Assembly (NCBI GenBank): GCA_907165135.1
Contig: OU015569.1
Span: 3,968,001-4,032,000, forward strand
Length of the DNA: 64,000 bases
Direction of reading: 5' to 3'
From: Oikopleura dioica
Taxonomy: Eukaryota > Animalia > Chordata
The notes beneath the pieces were generated by a model, which saw nothing but the letters and a program-made list of their open reading frames with translations, did not search any database and was not told the origin of the DNA. Of this stretch, positions 23,242-35,624 are shown one piece after another (position 1 is the stretch's first letter; each line of letters begins with the position of its first letter). The translations under genes and the position numbers were made by a program.

Positions 23242-26200
23242 GAGCTCGAGTCAAGAGACTTTCAAGTGGAATCTGAATTTCACGATTTCTCACTCGCCCC
23301 AAGCTGGTTATGCTACTGCTAGCAGTGCTAGCAATAGCGATAAGGTATAAATATATATATACGGAGAAGATGAGAGATTAGTGTGATAAGAGATTCACTT
23401 TTGAGGAAAAAACGAAGTGAAAATTTTGTTCAGGCATGTGAGCTGTACGAAGAGGATAGACGTGAATTCTGGAGCTACTATTCTCAGGAAATGATTATTT
23501 TCATCGATCAAAATTATTTGAACCACACATGTTTTTTGAAAATTATCATCATAAAAAGTGGTGTAATTTCGCCTCGTATAGAAACGATACGCCTTGTATT
23601 TCTGCTGGAAGATGAAGGTCAAATCTTCGCACACAGCCGCTCGAATAATAACTTGTTCGCCTTTGGTATCACCAACTCAGTTGTTCAGTTGGTGCTTCAG
23701 TCAGGCTCTAATGTACAGACATTGACTCGGAGGCTCTCCTCCTCAAGAAGTCGCTATCAAGAGATTCTCATCACCTTTCCTCAATCAGGAACTGCCGTGC
23801 TTTCGGTCAATGGCGGAATTCCAGTTCAAATTACGCTTCCTCGCTTTCAACCACTCAATAACGTCGATCAAGGCTCAATAACAAGAATAGGAGCAGGAAG
23901 ACTCTTTGGCTTTGGACAGAGTGCTACTGGCTGCGTTCGCAAGCTTTACATTAATGGACGCGGAATAAATCTAGATTTTCTTTCCAGCTGCCCTCTCAGA
24001 AGAGTCGATGAATGTGCTCGCGAGTACTGCCTTTTTCCAGAAACTGAAGAGTGCTTTAAAACAACAGGTTTCCTATTCATTAGAAATTTTGCCAAAACGA
24101 CTAATAAGCTTGCGATCGAGAGATTTCTCTGAATTTTCAACGACGTAACATCGGCAGCATTGTTGAATTTTCTTCGAGCTCACAGTGGTATCTTCATGGA
24201 TTCAATATACAAGTAACAGCACCAGTCTCATTCCAGATTTCTCTTTCAACGTAACAATATTTTTTTTAATAAAATTTGCATATAAACTTAGTAATGCATC
24301 GTTTTATGAAGAAAACGAAACACCAGCCAGCTTTAATTTACCAGTTGGAAATCATAGACGATTTTTTATGTGGCCGATGATATCGAATCGAGTATTTTTC
24401 CATATCACAAGTGGAAGTATTTCAAGATTCCGTATTCTCGGAGGAAGAATAGACGAATGTCAGCTACAGAATGATTTGCCCGGCCGCAGCTGGTGGAAAC
24501 TTGCTAAAACAGCTATAAGCGGCCCTTCAACAGCATTTGATCTCTTCAGAAATTATGGTGTGATCAATGACGAAAATCAGCAAGCCAGAGTTTCTCAGAA
24601 CACTCTCAGCTACAAAAGCAAGCTCGTTGACGAGTGGCAAAGTCTGAATATACGAAGGTAGACTGATTTTCCCAGATTTTTGCTTAAAATTCACAATTTA
24701 GTTGTTTAACGTTTTATTTAGAGTTGAAGTCAATATCATGAGGGTGACGAATGGAGGACCAAGATTAGTCTATTCTGCAATATATGATGGTGAAGGCTCG
24801 TCAAAACTCAGCTGGATTGCAAACCTTCTCTTTGTTATAGTTGACATTGGAAACACGCCAGTTACTTCTTGGTCAGAGCTATCAACAAATTTTCCAGGAG
24901 ATATAGTCGAGTTTCATGCTTCGACAGTGAATTCAACAACTGAACTTCACTTTACAAGAGCTGGAGGTCGCTTTCGAGTTCAGGACATCAGCTGCCTACG
25001 GGACGGAATCCAGGCGGATGATCCATGTGCCGACCAGTGCATAACAGACACTAATTGCCAAGCGTTTCTGATTGGAACTCAGGGTAATTTGTTGATTAAT
25101 TTGACAGGAACCAACAAAGTCTAGGATGTTGCCTTCTTTCTTCATTTAATGAAACGATCGTTGGCTTTCTTACTCAAGCTGAGAGAGAACAAGGGATTGA
25201 AGAGTTTGATACGATATTTCAAAAGACCACGCAGCCGCCTATCAATGTTTGGCCAGAAGGCGCTTTTGACTCGACAGAGATGGAACGTGGATTCCAGTGC
25301 AGATTCAATGGTCCATTATCTGAGCAGAGAGAGCTAAATCTGCACGAAGTAGGATTCTGTAAAAAGAAACGACTCGTATATTTTAGGCGTTCAACTGCGA
25401 AGATGGCGAGATCGCGTCAACAGTTGTAAAATGTTCTGAACGGGGATCACGTGGACCTCGAATATTGCTGATATATTCAAACTACGGAAGGACTCATTCA
25501 AATAGAACCTGTCCTGAGTTAAGAAATATTCCTGATGTGGACTGTGTATCGCCCATGGTTTCCCGGTTTATCGAAAGTTCATGTAATGGAAAACAGCGCT
25601 GCCGTATTGACTTGCCCCTCCTCAAAGAAAATTATCTTGGGGAGCACTGTGATGTCAATGAGGCAATGTTTCTGGATGTTCAGTACAGATGCGAAGACAT
25701 TAGCCCAGCAGAAGCAATTGATTTTTCATCTCTTGATAGCATTCGAGAGACCCCATTGAGGTACTTTCTTGCGATAACTTAAAAACTTATCTTTTGATGA
25801 ATGAATATATTCATTGATATTTTAAGAGAGCTGTATTCCGATATTCTTCATATTGTTGCTGATCCAGAGGGAGAAGAACTTCAAAAAAAGGTTTTCCAAC
25901 TTAGAAATACACGAATAAGTAATCAATGCATTTACCACAAAAATATTACTAAGCAGATCATTAACAAAATTTTAAGAGCATAAATGATTCAATATCATTT
26001 ATTGATGCTGGCTTCCGTCTAACTATTAGTGTAATTGACCCAAAGGTTCTTACTTGTCTTATGTCGTTTTCCGTCCAGTTTATGTTGAGGAACGCACAAA
26101 GAAGGTTTGTCGAGAATATTCGTTCAGATTGACGAAGTTGCTGGTTCATGTCGCGAGAACGTCACAGCCTGCCTCGCTGAAGAAATCAAAGGAACCTCTT

Positions 26201-29200
26201 GGCCAACAAGCTACTGTGGATACATTAACACTTCATGTCCAGAAGGAACAGTTGGGACCGCATTCCGAGTCTGCGGACCCAACGGATGGGAAATGCCAGG
26301 AATGGGTTTTTCAAAATAAACTATGAATATGAATCAAGATATTAAAAAATTGTGGTGGAAATTCCAAGATGAGATTTGTCCCGTTGCGTTTCGCAGAGCA
26401 ATCCAGCTGCTGTAATTGGGACTATTGTCGACGATCCAGACTACTCGGCGGCGCAATTGGCACGTTTGCAAGCTGATTTTCTTGAGCCTGATCACGAAAT
26501 TTTCGGAGGCGATGTTGCTACATCAATCTTGATGATTGATACCTTGCTACAGCTCCAGAAAGCAGAGCTCGATGAAACGAATGATTTGGGAACGATAAAC
26601 AAGAAAGCTGTCCAGGATGCGTTCTGCCTTCTCTTTTTAAGGTTTTTTTTTCCTAGTACAGTTGACTCGCTATCCACAATTTAGACCCGCACAATTTGGC
26701 CCTTTTTTGAGAAATCGGAATAACAAAATAGGGCCAAATTGTGCGAGTGAACTGTATTATGAACGGTAAGTGAACGGGTAAAAGTTCACAGAAAACCTCG
26801 GATCCGCTGTATCTAATTTGATGGACGAGAAACATCTTGATGCATGGGAAGACATCCCTAAAGATCAATGGGCTGGCCGGGCCACTCAAGGAAGCGGTTA
26901 TCGTGATTAATTACCTTTATCTCCCTTTACGCATTTTAATATTAGTAATATTATATCACGAATATTATGCATAAATTAGATTTGATATAACCTTATAAAA
27001 GCGATTGAATTGTTGGAAGAGGCAGGTTTTTTACTGGCTCAGCAAGCTTTTGCAAAGTACAACGACTCCGACCGACCTGAGATCATTGAGGTTCACAGTT
27101 CTTATCCGAACACGGCCCTTCAAGTGGCATCAGTTTTGCCTGCAGGAGGAGACTTGCCAGATGAAATTCTTTTTCCCAACCAGACGATTCCTGTCCTCCC
27201 AGAAAATCACTGGGCCACTGAATCAGGCGAAATATGGGTCCCTGTCGACAAAAGCGACCAGGAAACAACACACCAACTCGTCTTTGCTGTCTATTCGAAT
27301 CTAGACGTTCTTTTTGGCGAAGAAATCGAGGCAAGCTTTTTTTCTGTCGATATCGACGAAGAAATAGGATTGTTTGCATTTTTACAAAACTTTATTATAA
27401 AAATCCATCAAGGAGATATAATATGCATTCATTCAAGATGAAAATGTTGCTTTCGACGAAGACACAGCAAACTCATCGACTACGCTTATGACGACACCTG
27501 GGATAACAGATGGTGGAAATAAAACAACTTGTCTCGTCTTGAACAATGGAACAGAGCGGTGTACAAGTAACGATGAGTCGAAGCCGCATTTGACCCTAAA
27601 CAGCCACATTATTTCTGCGACTTTGCGTCCGCCAAATAACGACTTTTTCCAGATCAAGTCCGTCCAGGGCTGGTTTGTATATTTAACATATTTTTAATCG
27701 ATCAAATGATTTGCAATCCATGAAAAGATACTGCTCAAGCATCAGCAGGCTGCGGCGCGAGATGGGGCCGGTCAGTGCGTTTACTGGAACACGACAGCAC
27801 TCCGCTGGTCGGCAGCGGGATGCAACGCAATCGAGAGCAATAAAACACACACGGTTTGTCGCTGCAATCATTTAACGCACTTCGCAATTTTGATGGATGT
27901 TAATGCCGTTACTGCCGTTATGGATGCAATCGACATATTGGTTCTCACGATAATCACAAGGATCGGACTCATTGTTTCCGTTGTTGCACTGGCCATGGCC
28001 ACGTTCTGCTTTACTTTTATCCCAAACATGAAAAACACCAGGACAATTATTCACAGGTAAGACGAATCACCAAAAAATTAACGATTTCATTTTCGCCTAA
28101 GGAATTTATCATTCTCTTTGTTGATCGCGGAAATTATATTTTTGCTTGGCATTGAATATCAAGAAGGCGAATCACCTGCTGTCTGTGGTGTTATCGCCGG
28201 CTTCATTCATTACTCTTTCTTGGCTGCATTCAGCTGGATGGCACTTGAAGGAACACGAGTTTGCAAGACAACTTAGTTGATGTATTTTCTCGATTCAACA
28301 AGAAAAAAAAATAGCGTAGACAAGATGCATTACAGATATCTAGAGAATATCTCGTCAGTATCATTGATCATAATTTTAATGGAATATAATTATCCTAAAC
28401 TAGCTTATCAATAAACTCGTTTTCAAGGAATTCATTTATATCTTTCGCTAAACCAAGTTTTTAACGTCGATAATCCAGACAAAATGCATTATTACTACGG
28501 CTTTGGATATGCGTTGCCATTGATTATTGTTGGAATAACCTCTTTAGGAAGGGCGCTGGCACTATTTTCTGGAAAGCTATGCAATTTGGAAGTAAACGTG
28601 GCGAAGTTCTCGTAACTTGGAGTCCTGAAAATAAATCTAGCCCGAGCTTTAAAATCGAAAATTATCGTGCGCAGCAATCCGCCCTGTTCAGTCAAATATG
28701 ATCATTACGGTGATCCAGAGCGTGGACATTGTTGGATTAAAGCAAATGAATTCATGATCTGGAGCTTTGCCGGACCCGTCATACTCGTCGCACTCATCAA
28801 TTTCGTTTTTCTGGTGTCGGCGCTGCGAGTCGTCGCCACCCATCGCAAGCACTCCACTAGATCGGCTTCAAAGCTAAGCACATGGTCAGGCTGGATTAAA
28901 TCGAGTGTCGTCCTACTCAGGCAAGTTCTATTAATGGAATGGTCGTATTTATTTTCTAGTTTACTCGGTATAACATGGGGCCTTGGAGTTTTCTTCGTCA
29001 ACGTCGAAACAACTTTTGTGGCGTATCTCTTTACAATAACTAATTCACTACAAGGTAAGAACATGATAGCAACTGCTATGAACCCTCATAAATATCACAT
29101 GCTCGCACAAAAACATTCTAGCGTAGCTGGATTTTACATCTTTTAAAAACATACGATTATACGATAGAAAACATACTACTGCTCCAGATAATTCTTCTTC

Positions 29201-30285
29201 ATGAGTCAGGAATTATGAAATGAGAAATTTGCTTAATAATCTGTTAATAATCGACGAAGAACTTCGACCGAAGAAGGTTGATGTACACTTTCTGAGCGTT
29301 TCGGAAGTTTCGCTACGGAGAAGGCGCTCTAGAGCCGTGGAATGAGCGGTAACTTTTCGCGTTTATTGGAGAGTGATCACCGACGGCTCACGTCATGCCT
29401 GTTTATCTGACACTTCCGGGAGCTTTCTTGGTCGACTTATTAGACTTTCTTGAAGATCATTAGTAATGTGCTGTGTGTTAAGGTCTCTTCATCTTCATTT
29501 TCCACTGCGCAATGAACGAGAAGCTGATAATCGAGTTGAGCCGACTAACAAAACGAAGCAGATTCTGTCCAGCTTTCGTCCAGAACCGATACGATCTCAG
29601 AAAGTGGAGACCGTCCAGTAGCAGCTCCCAGTACGTAATGAAAGCTGTATTCTAGAGTGTGTTTCTCTTACTGCTAGTTACACTCTCGAAAGGTTTTTTG
29701 GTTAACGTTTAATGATAGAGGAACGTCAAGTGGGACTCGGCGTACGATTTCATCCAAATTGTCGGTGAACCCCTCGTCTAGCGGCCTCGGCGTACTCGAC
29801 GACACTTATTTCCATTCCGTCACCTTGCCTGCTGACCAAAGCAACATCGGACAAGAAGATTTACAGCCACGCAAGTGAGTCTGCTTTCATACGGCTTTTC
29901 CTTCTAAACGCTTGTTCCGCGTAAAGCGGAAATAAAAAGCTTGATCGAGCGAGTACTTTTCTCTCAAGTTTTAAGGACTTCCCGGAAAGCTTTTATACTT
30001 GGCTACATTACTCAGTCATGCGGGTTCGAATATAATGAAAATTATATTTGAATTAATTTCATTTCCAAAATAGTCAGAAAATAACAAATTAATTTTTAGA
30101 AGAACAGCGATAAGTCGAAAAGAACCCAAATGGGTTCGAAACTCGGAACAATTCAACGAAGAAATTGATAAAACAGGCAACATTTAGACATTTTTAATAA
30201 ATGTTCACGAATTTCAGTTGGCCCGACTGGGATGATCAACAAAGCCTTTGACGGGAAAATTGAAGAATCGACAGTTTCCCCGTAA
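23242..30285 (+). CDS. Adhesion GPCR, latrophilin-like (LamG, PAN-like, SUEL/rhamnose lectin, HRM, GAIN/GPS, 7TM)
   Basis: Lam[11 protein letters not shown]; SUEL YSNYGR...CNGKQRC...LDVQYRC; [24 protein letters not shown]; GPS CVYWN..RWSAAGC...[13 protein letters not shown]; 7[36 protein letters not shown] and [13 protein letters not shown]. Stop at 30283-30285. The true start lies slightly upstream and was not resolved. Confidence 0.9.
26688..26745. repeat. 58-nt intronic hairpin (about 22-bp stem)
   Basis: CGCACAATTTGGCCCT (26688-26703) pairs perfectly with AGGGCCAAATTGTGCG (26730-26745) and extends 5 of 6 more bp inward. Confidence 0.8.
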
Positions 30286-33200
30286 GTGAGGATCATTAAG
30301 TTCCTAAGCTTATGAGTTTAAGCTCTGTTGCAATGGCTGGGCGAATTTCAACGATGCACCTGGTGGAGGAACAAAGTGCCCTGTGAAATTAAGGTCGACC
30401 CTTTTAAGCTTAAAGAGACTCTTCGAAAACATTCAATTAAAACAGCCTCTTTCTCTCTCTCTGTACATTACTCTGTCTAAAATCAAAAATTCAACTTGAC
30501 CTCAGTCTAAAATTTAGACTCTAAATAATTTGCTGATGATTTCGAACATCGCTTCTCTTCATTTATAATTCCAAAGAATCGTTCTTTCTGAGAGCGATAA
30601 GTTATCGCGGATAAATCGGCAATCGCCATGTGCACTTTGCGTTTGAATATTTCCAGTCTAAAATGCACATCATTGCAAAAGATTCATTGCGAACAGAGCT
30701 TTCTTTGAACTATCGATCATTTAAATTTGATAGAAGGGCGACTATAGAATACGGCATTATCATTTCAAGCACCTGACAGGAGAGTTGCTGATCTAGAATT
30801 TTCGTTCGCTGGATAACTCACATCCTAATGCAATTTTTCGTTCAAATCAACCAAAATACGAATTTGAGAGCTCCGTTCAAGATATAATCTCCCTTACATT
30901 AGATAAGACTCCGTCGTAAAACTGTTTCTAGCTATTAAGTTTTTCTCAGATACAGTTCCGAGCATCAAAAAAAAAAATAATGGCTAAATCGTTGTTGACA
31001 CCATTAGCCACTCACTTCTTATTTGACCTAAAATGTGCATTGATTGTGGCCACTCAGATCGAATTAGCTTTTATGAGTATTTCTACTCTAAAAGCTAACT
31101 GGTTGACAAATGCATAATTGAAAAGTTGTTCACTTGAAAGCTCTTATCGTAGACATTAAGGCTTTTTGAACGGCCCTACAGTGCATGAGTGGAAACGCGC
31201 AATTAGAAACATCTAGCTTCTTTAATATTCCAGTGTGAGTATTGTCTGCATTAATATTCGCTCTCGATACCTTCATTATTAAGTGCAGCACTTTAAAAGC
31301 AATTCCTAGCAGGAAAGTCAAAAGATCGAGAAGAGCAAATGCGATTTTGTCTCCTGTTTATCGCGAGTTTATCGCACGGCGCATTCTATGGGCTAGAAGG
31401 AACGGACTTCATTTTTAAGATTAGTCGTTTGAACTCAAAGAGAAAAAATCTAAGTAGTGCCTCGTCCGCTCTGCTTATTGAGGAAGCAATGAGTTCAGAG
31501 CTCTTGAAATTTAATGGCGGCGCTCACTAGAGCCCAAAGAGCGTAACATCAAATTGAGAAAGCATCAGTCCTGCTCATTCTAGAATCTGTCCTAGATACA
31601 CTTAAAAATGCTTATAAAACGTACATTCATTTCAGTCCTCGCAAGTTTCAAATCCACAAGGTAAGAGACAAAAAAAAAAGCTCGAAACCTTCAAAATGGG
31701 TTAAGGTTGGGCAACGTATGATAAGCGACGATTTGGCGGTTCGAATTCGGAAGATCTTCTTATCCCACAACGCGCACCGCCCAAGTTGTTGTATAAAAAT
31801 TATTTGTCTGCATAAAACACTCACAAAATTCCATATGCACATGTTGTTTTAAACTCCAATAAATTATCTGGTACATCCGAGTTCATTTGGGTTAATTATG
31901 ATTTGAACTTTGCGGCGGTGGGGGACGTGTACCAGGTCTTTGTGGGACTAAGACGGTTCACGTGTCGAAATCTGCAGACCTTCTATGATGCGATGAACTA
32001 ATCACTTGATTAAGATGCCCAGGTTCCTTGAAGAGGCAATTATTTGAGCGCGCACCTGTAACAGCTATTGCCTAAACGCAACCAAGGGTCTTGATTAGAG
32101 ATGTGATCCGACGCGATCGCAATCCCTCCACATGCTGACCATTTGCGGTCGCCAATCAAAAACCACACAAACTTCCATCAATTCCACCGGCGAAGCTATA
32201 ATTTCCCAGGCCCGGGCAAACTACAGTGAATCCCATCTTTCCAATCGCATCCACCAAACATAACACGCGGAAAAGTTTGGACGAAATTGACTTTTTGATA
32301 TAAATTCTGGCGGCAGGTCCAATATCAAGTTTGGACTCGGATGTCGTCTTCCGCTTGCCAAGGTTTGAAAACAATCGGCCATTGGAAAATTTGCTTCTAA
32401 ATCTGCCTTCAGTGCGGCTGCTTGACAAAAAGTCTACACATACTGATGCATCCCAAAATATTACTATTTGAAATTAAATTTCATCAACGTCAGTCGATCT
32501 AAATCAAGGTACAACCAATTTGAATTACGAACGATCAGCGCTTCATCCATGAGGTGCTATTGCTTAACCCTTACAAGCCGGGGTCGTCGAAAATAGCGAG
32601 CAAGGCGCAATTACGTGCTTTATTCCGAAATGAAGAATAAGACACTCTAACAAATAGATGAGTGAGACGGGGTTCAAAGTGCCACTGCTTCTTTTGAACA
32701 TCCTCGAGTGAGCTGTCTTTACCAAGAAGGAAATCCGCAACTGGAGAAACATGAATCGCGTCTGGCATCGCTTGCTTTTGTAAGAGTTTATTCGCGCACT
32801 TTGGGTCTCGAGGAAAGGGCAAGTGACGTTTTGAGTAAATCAGATTAGTTCACTCACTGGTAGAACATGTCCTTATCACAATGTTTGAAATTGGTCGATA
32901 AGGGCGGAATCACCCGTTCCAAGGGGGCGCTTTTTCGACTGAACGAACGAATACAGTTTGTCGCTGGTCGGAACCACGGCGAACTCGCCGCTGGAATTTA
33001 GTGAACTTTCCAGAAAGCAACTCAAAACCGAAATTTGAAATGAGTGATTACGTTCAGTTGAAAAACATCGTCAAGTGAAACATATCCTTAGCTAATCATC
33101 ACGAGCTCACCCAAAACGAGAAGGAAATGAGTGCCCACCTGCAAAATTATGTAAACACGTGTAGGCCCTCTTTAATAAATACCCTTCAAAAGCGAAGTCC

Positions 33201-33340
33201 TCCTGCTTCAAATTACCATACGATTCCAAAATTAGTCATTCGGTATTCTTATTCTAGTAGTTAAAAGTGATTGAAAAAGCACTTACGTAAGCGAGTACGT
33301 TGATATTTCCGGGCTGAAATTTTCGAGCGGAAGCGATTAA

Positions 33341-33726
33341 GGGGGTAGAAACAGCTTTTTTCAGAAAAAGGCGATTTTTGACCGGCGATACAGACAAGAG
33401 AATCTTACATTTTCAAATTTTCTCTTCAGTTTTAGATAGATACATCTAAGATCTAGGAACATCTCCGTTGAAATTTGTTTTAGTCATCAATTATTTGAGA
33501 AAGCGGGCTCAGAAGCAACTCATCTCTCCGAAATTCTCGATTTTCGCCAGTTTTCAAACACGAATATCTCGAGTCACCTGATAGTTAAACAAATTTCATT
33601 CACAGTTTTGTGAACCTCAACCCCTTTTCTAGGAGCATTTATGAGGAATTTCCGTTCACATAAATAAATCTTATGTTTCCTTTTATGTAGCTACAGTACA
33701 AAATCGAGAAAGCTGTTTCTACCCCC
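33341..33726. mobile_element. 386-bp MITE with TTAA TSD and GG termini (Kolobok-like)
   Basis: Perfect 18-bp TIR GGGGGTAGAAACAGCTTT. TTAA at 33337-33340 and 33727-33730. Confidence 0.88.
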
Positions 33727-34374
33727 TTAAGCGACGGATGCAATTTTCGCTATGTCCGAGCTGAGAAGATTTCGTGGACATTGCTTACTTGATCAGAATA
33801 ATGGTTTTCCGGAGGCGCGTCACTTGGGGAAGTTTTCGGAAACGCGTCGTTTGTTACACTGTGTTCCTAGTGGCTACAGTCACAAATTACAGTCGACGAG
33901 TTTCAGGCAATTCAGAGCCCAAAGCATCGAACAAGTTATTTTTCGCGGAAGAAGGGCGACTAATAGGGTTTCGTATTTAGAATGACTTGGACGGGAGAAC
34001 GGAAAGGCGTAACGCGTGATTTTGTTGTTTGGATGTACTGCTTAATCGTCCAAGCCTTAGCGAAAACGGTACAGCGCAGAGCGGATTTGCGTCTCATTAT
34101 CAAGCAGGAGCTTTTCAAAGCCTCCACCCGTGGTCGGATATTTGGTCGGCCTTACTCCGGTATTCTCGGCCAGCGCATTATTCACGTTTCCGATTCTCTC
34201 ACTCGAAGCATTATAATTTATAAAGAGTTTAAAAAAATATTTAAACTAAGAATTTTTTTGTTTTATTAAAATAACATTACAGAGAGATACTTATTTTTAA
34301 CAAGCGCCAGAAATGAAAATATAAATGAAATCAGCAAGTTACTTTTTTCTATTTAAATTGACAACTCATATTAC

Positions 34375-34836
34375 ATGACTTACTTTGGTGGAAAAAGTTC
34401 ACTCCCAGTAGTCAAAACAAATAATTCACCGTTTTTCGCCACATTTTTGGAAAAAGTATCATTTTCATTATTTACTGCTTCAGATTTCATAACACGCGTG
34501 AATTTAGGCAACAGGCAGAGCGCGCAAAACTCCAGCCTCGCGCTAATAATGTTTGATAAGAGGTTTGAAAACGTACTCCCCAAGACGACTCGTCCTCGCC
34601 ATTACTGTATTGATGCAAGCGAAAGGGTGCCAAATGTGAAATGTGAAAGTTTAAAATTTCTAACTTTTGGGAGTTTGGAAGAATTGCTTGTAAATGTAGA
34701 AAGGATTAGCCGCTTGCTTAAACAAATAGAGATGTGGATAATCCAGGCTGAAGACAAGTTTCGACCATTGTTTCTTGAAGCCTGTTACACATTATCTAGA
34801 ATAAAAGAGCTAGCTAGAAAATCGAATAAGTGCTGA
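34375..34836 (+). CDS. Orphan 153-aa ORF or unplaced exon
   Basis: ATG-initiated ORF with an amphipathic-looking C-terminal half (SLEELLVNVERISRLLKQIEMW). No domain recognised. Confidence 0.2.
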   Translation: MTYFGGKSSLPVVKTNNSPFFATFLEKVSFSLFTASDFITRVNLGNRQSAQNSSLALIMFDKRFENVLPKTTRPRHYCIDASERVPNVKCESLKFLTFGSLEELLVNVERISRLLKQIEMWIIQAEDKFRPLFLEACYTLSRIKELARKSNKC

Positions 34837-35592
34837 TTTGATTCATATAAAATAATCTTTTTGACAGATGATAATTACAGTCAGTTACTAGCTATTTACA
34901 TCTATAACTGGTTCATGCATAATTTCTACTAGACGCACGTCGTGTTTCAAAAGTGTGAACATGTTTGCGCCACGAATAAATGCATATCAAACTAGGCGAG
35001 GATTTTGAAGGGAAAAAGGGCGCGGGAAGCGAACACCAATCGCGAATAGACTAATCCCGAAAGAGGCTGCAATCAAAGGGCTTCACCAACCAAAGGGCAC
35101 ACTATAGTTTTTGAAGATTACTCAAAAGCTAAGTTGGGTGTTTAGAAGGGCAGGGGCCTTATCCGGTGACTGCACGTTGCCTTTCTAAATAAACGGCTGA
35201 CCCCAGAGATCAAACTTTCGTATCTGCGCAGAGCTCTGATACTGCCAACCATTATTTTCGCTTTATGAAATTTGGCTACTGCGACGAATGTTCTATTGAC
35301 GAAGCACGTGACTCATCCCCTTTGCGCGCCGCTTGAGCAAATGCTCACTCAGTCGACTTTTCCATTCTTTCTTCTTTTAGAAAATCGGGATGAAAGCGGC
35401 GCTCTCCGCCACAGTTCCGATCCGTTCACCGCCACCCAGTTCTAACCAAACCACCATGTCTAGCTTCTCCCTAAAATTCATGAATCCTGCTTCTTAAGGG
35501 TGTCGACCATTTGTTGGACAGATTTTGTTTTGCAAATCTTAGCTAACCTGAGTTATTTGTTTCTTCTTAGAACTATTTTTCGACTATTTTAT

Positions 35593-35624
35593 GGTTAGGG
35601 TTAGGGTTAGAGTTAGGGTCAGGG
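35593..35624 (+). repeat. Interstitial telomeric repeat (TTAGGG)n, 5 units
   Basis: TTAGGG TTAGGG TTAGAG TTAGGG TCAGGG at 35595-35624. Confidence 0.85.

Noticed and set aside
26300-26373. GA-AG intron (EMP|DLSRC) as a member of the in-register stem class
   Set aside because: Only a 4-5 bp match at offset 9 and no pairing in the 3-4 nt register. Counted as a counter-example.
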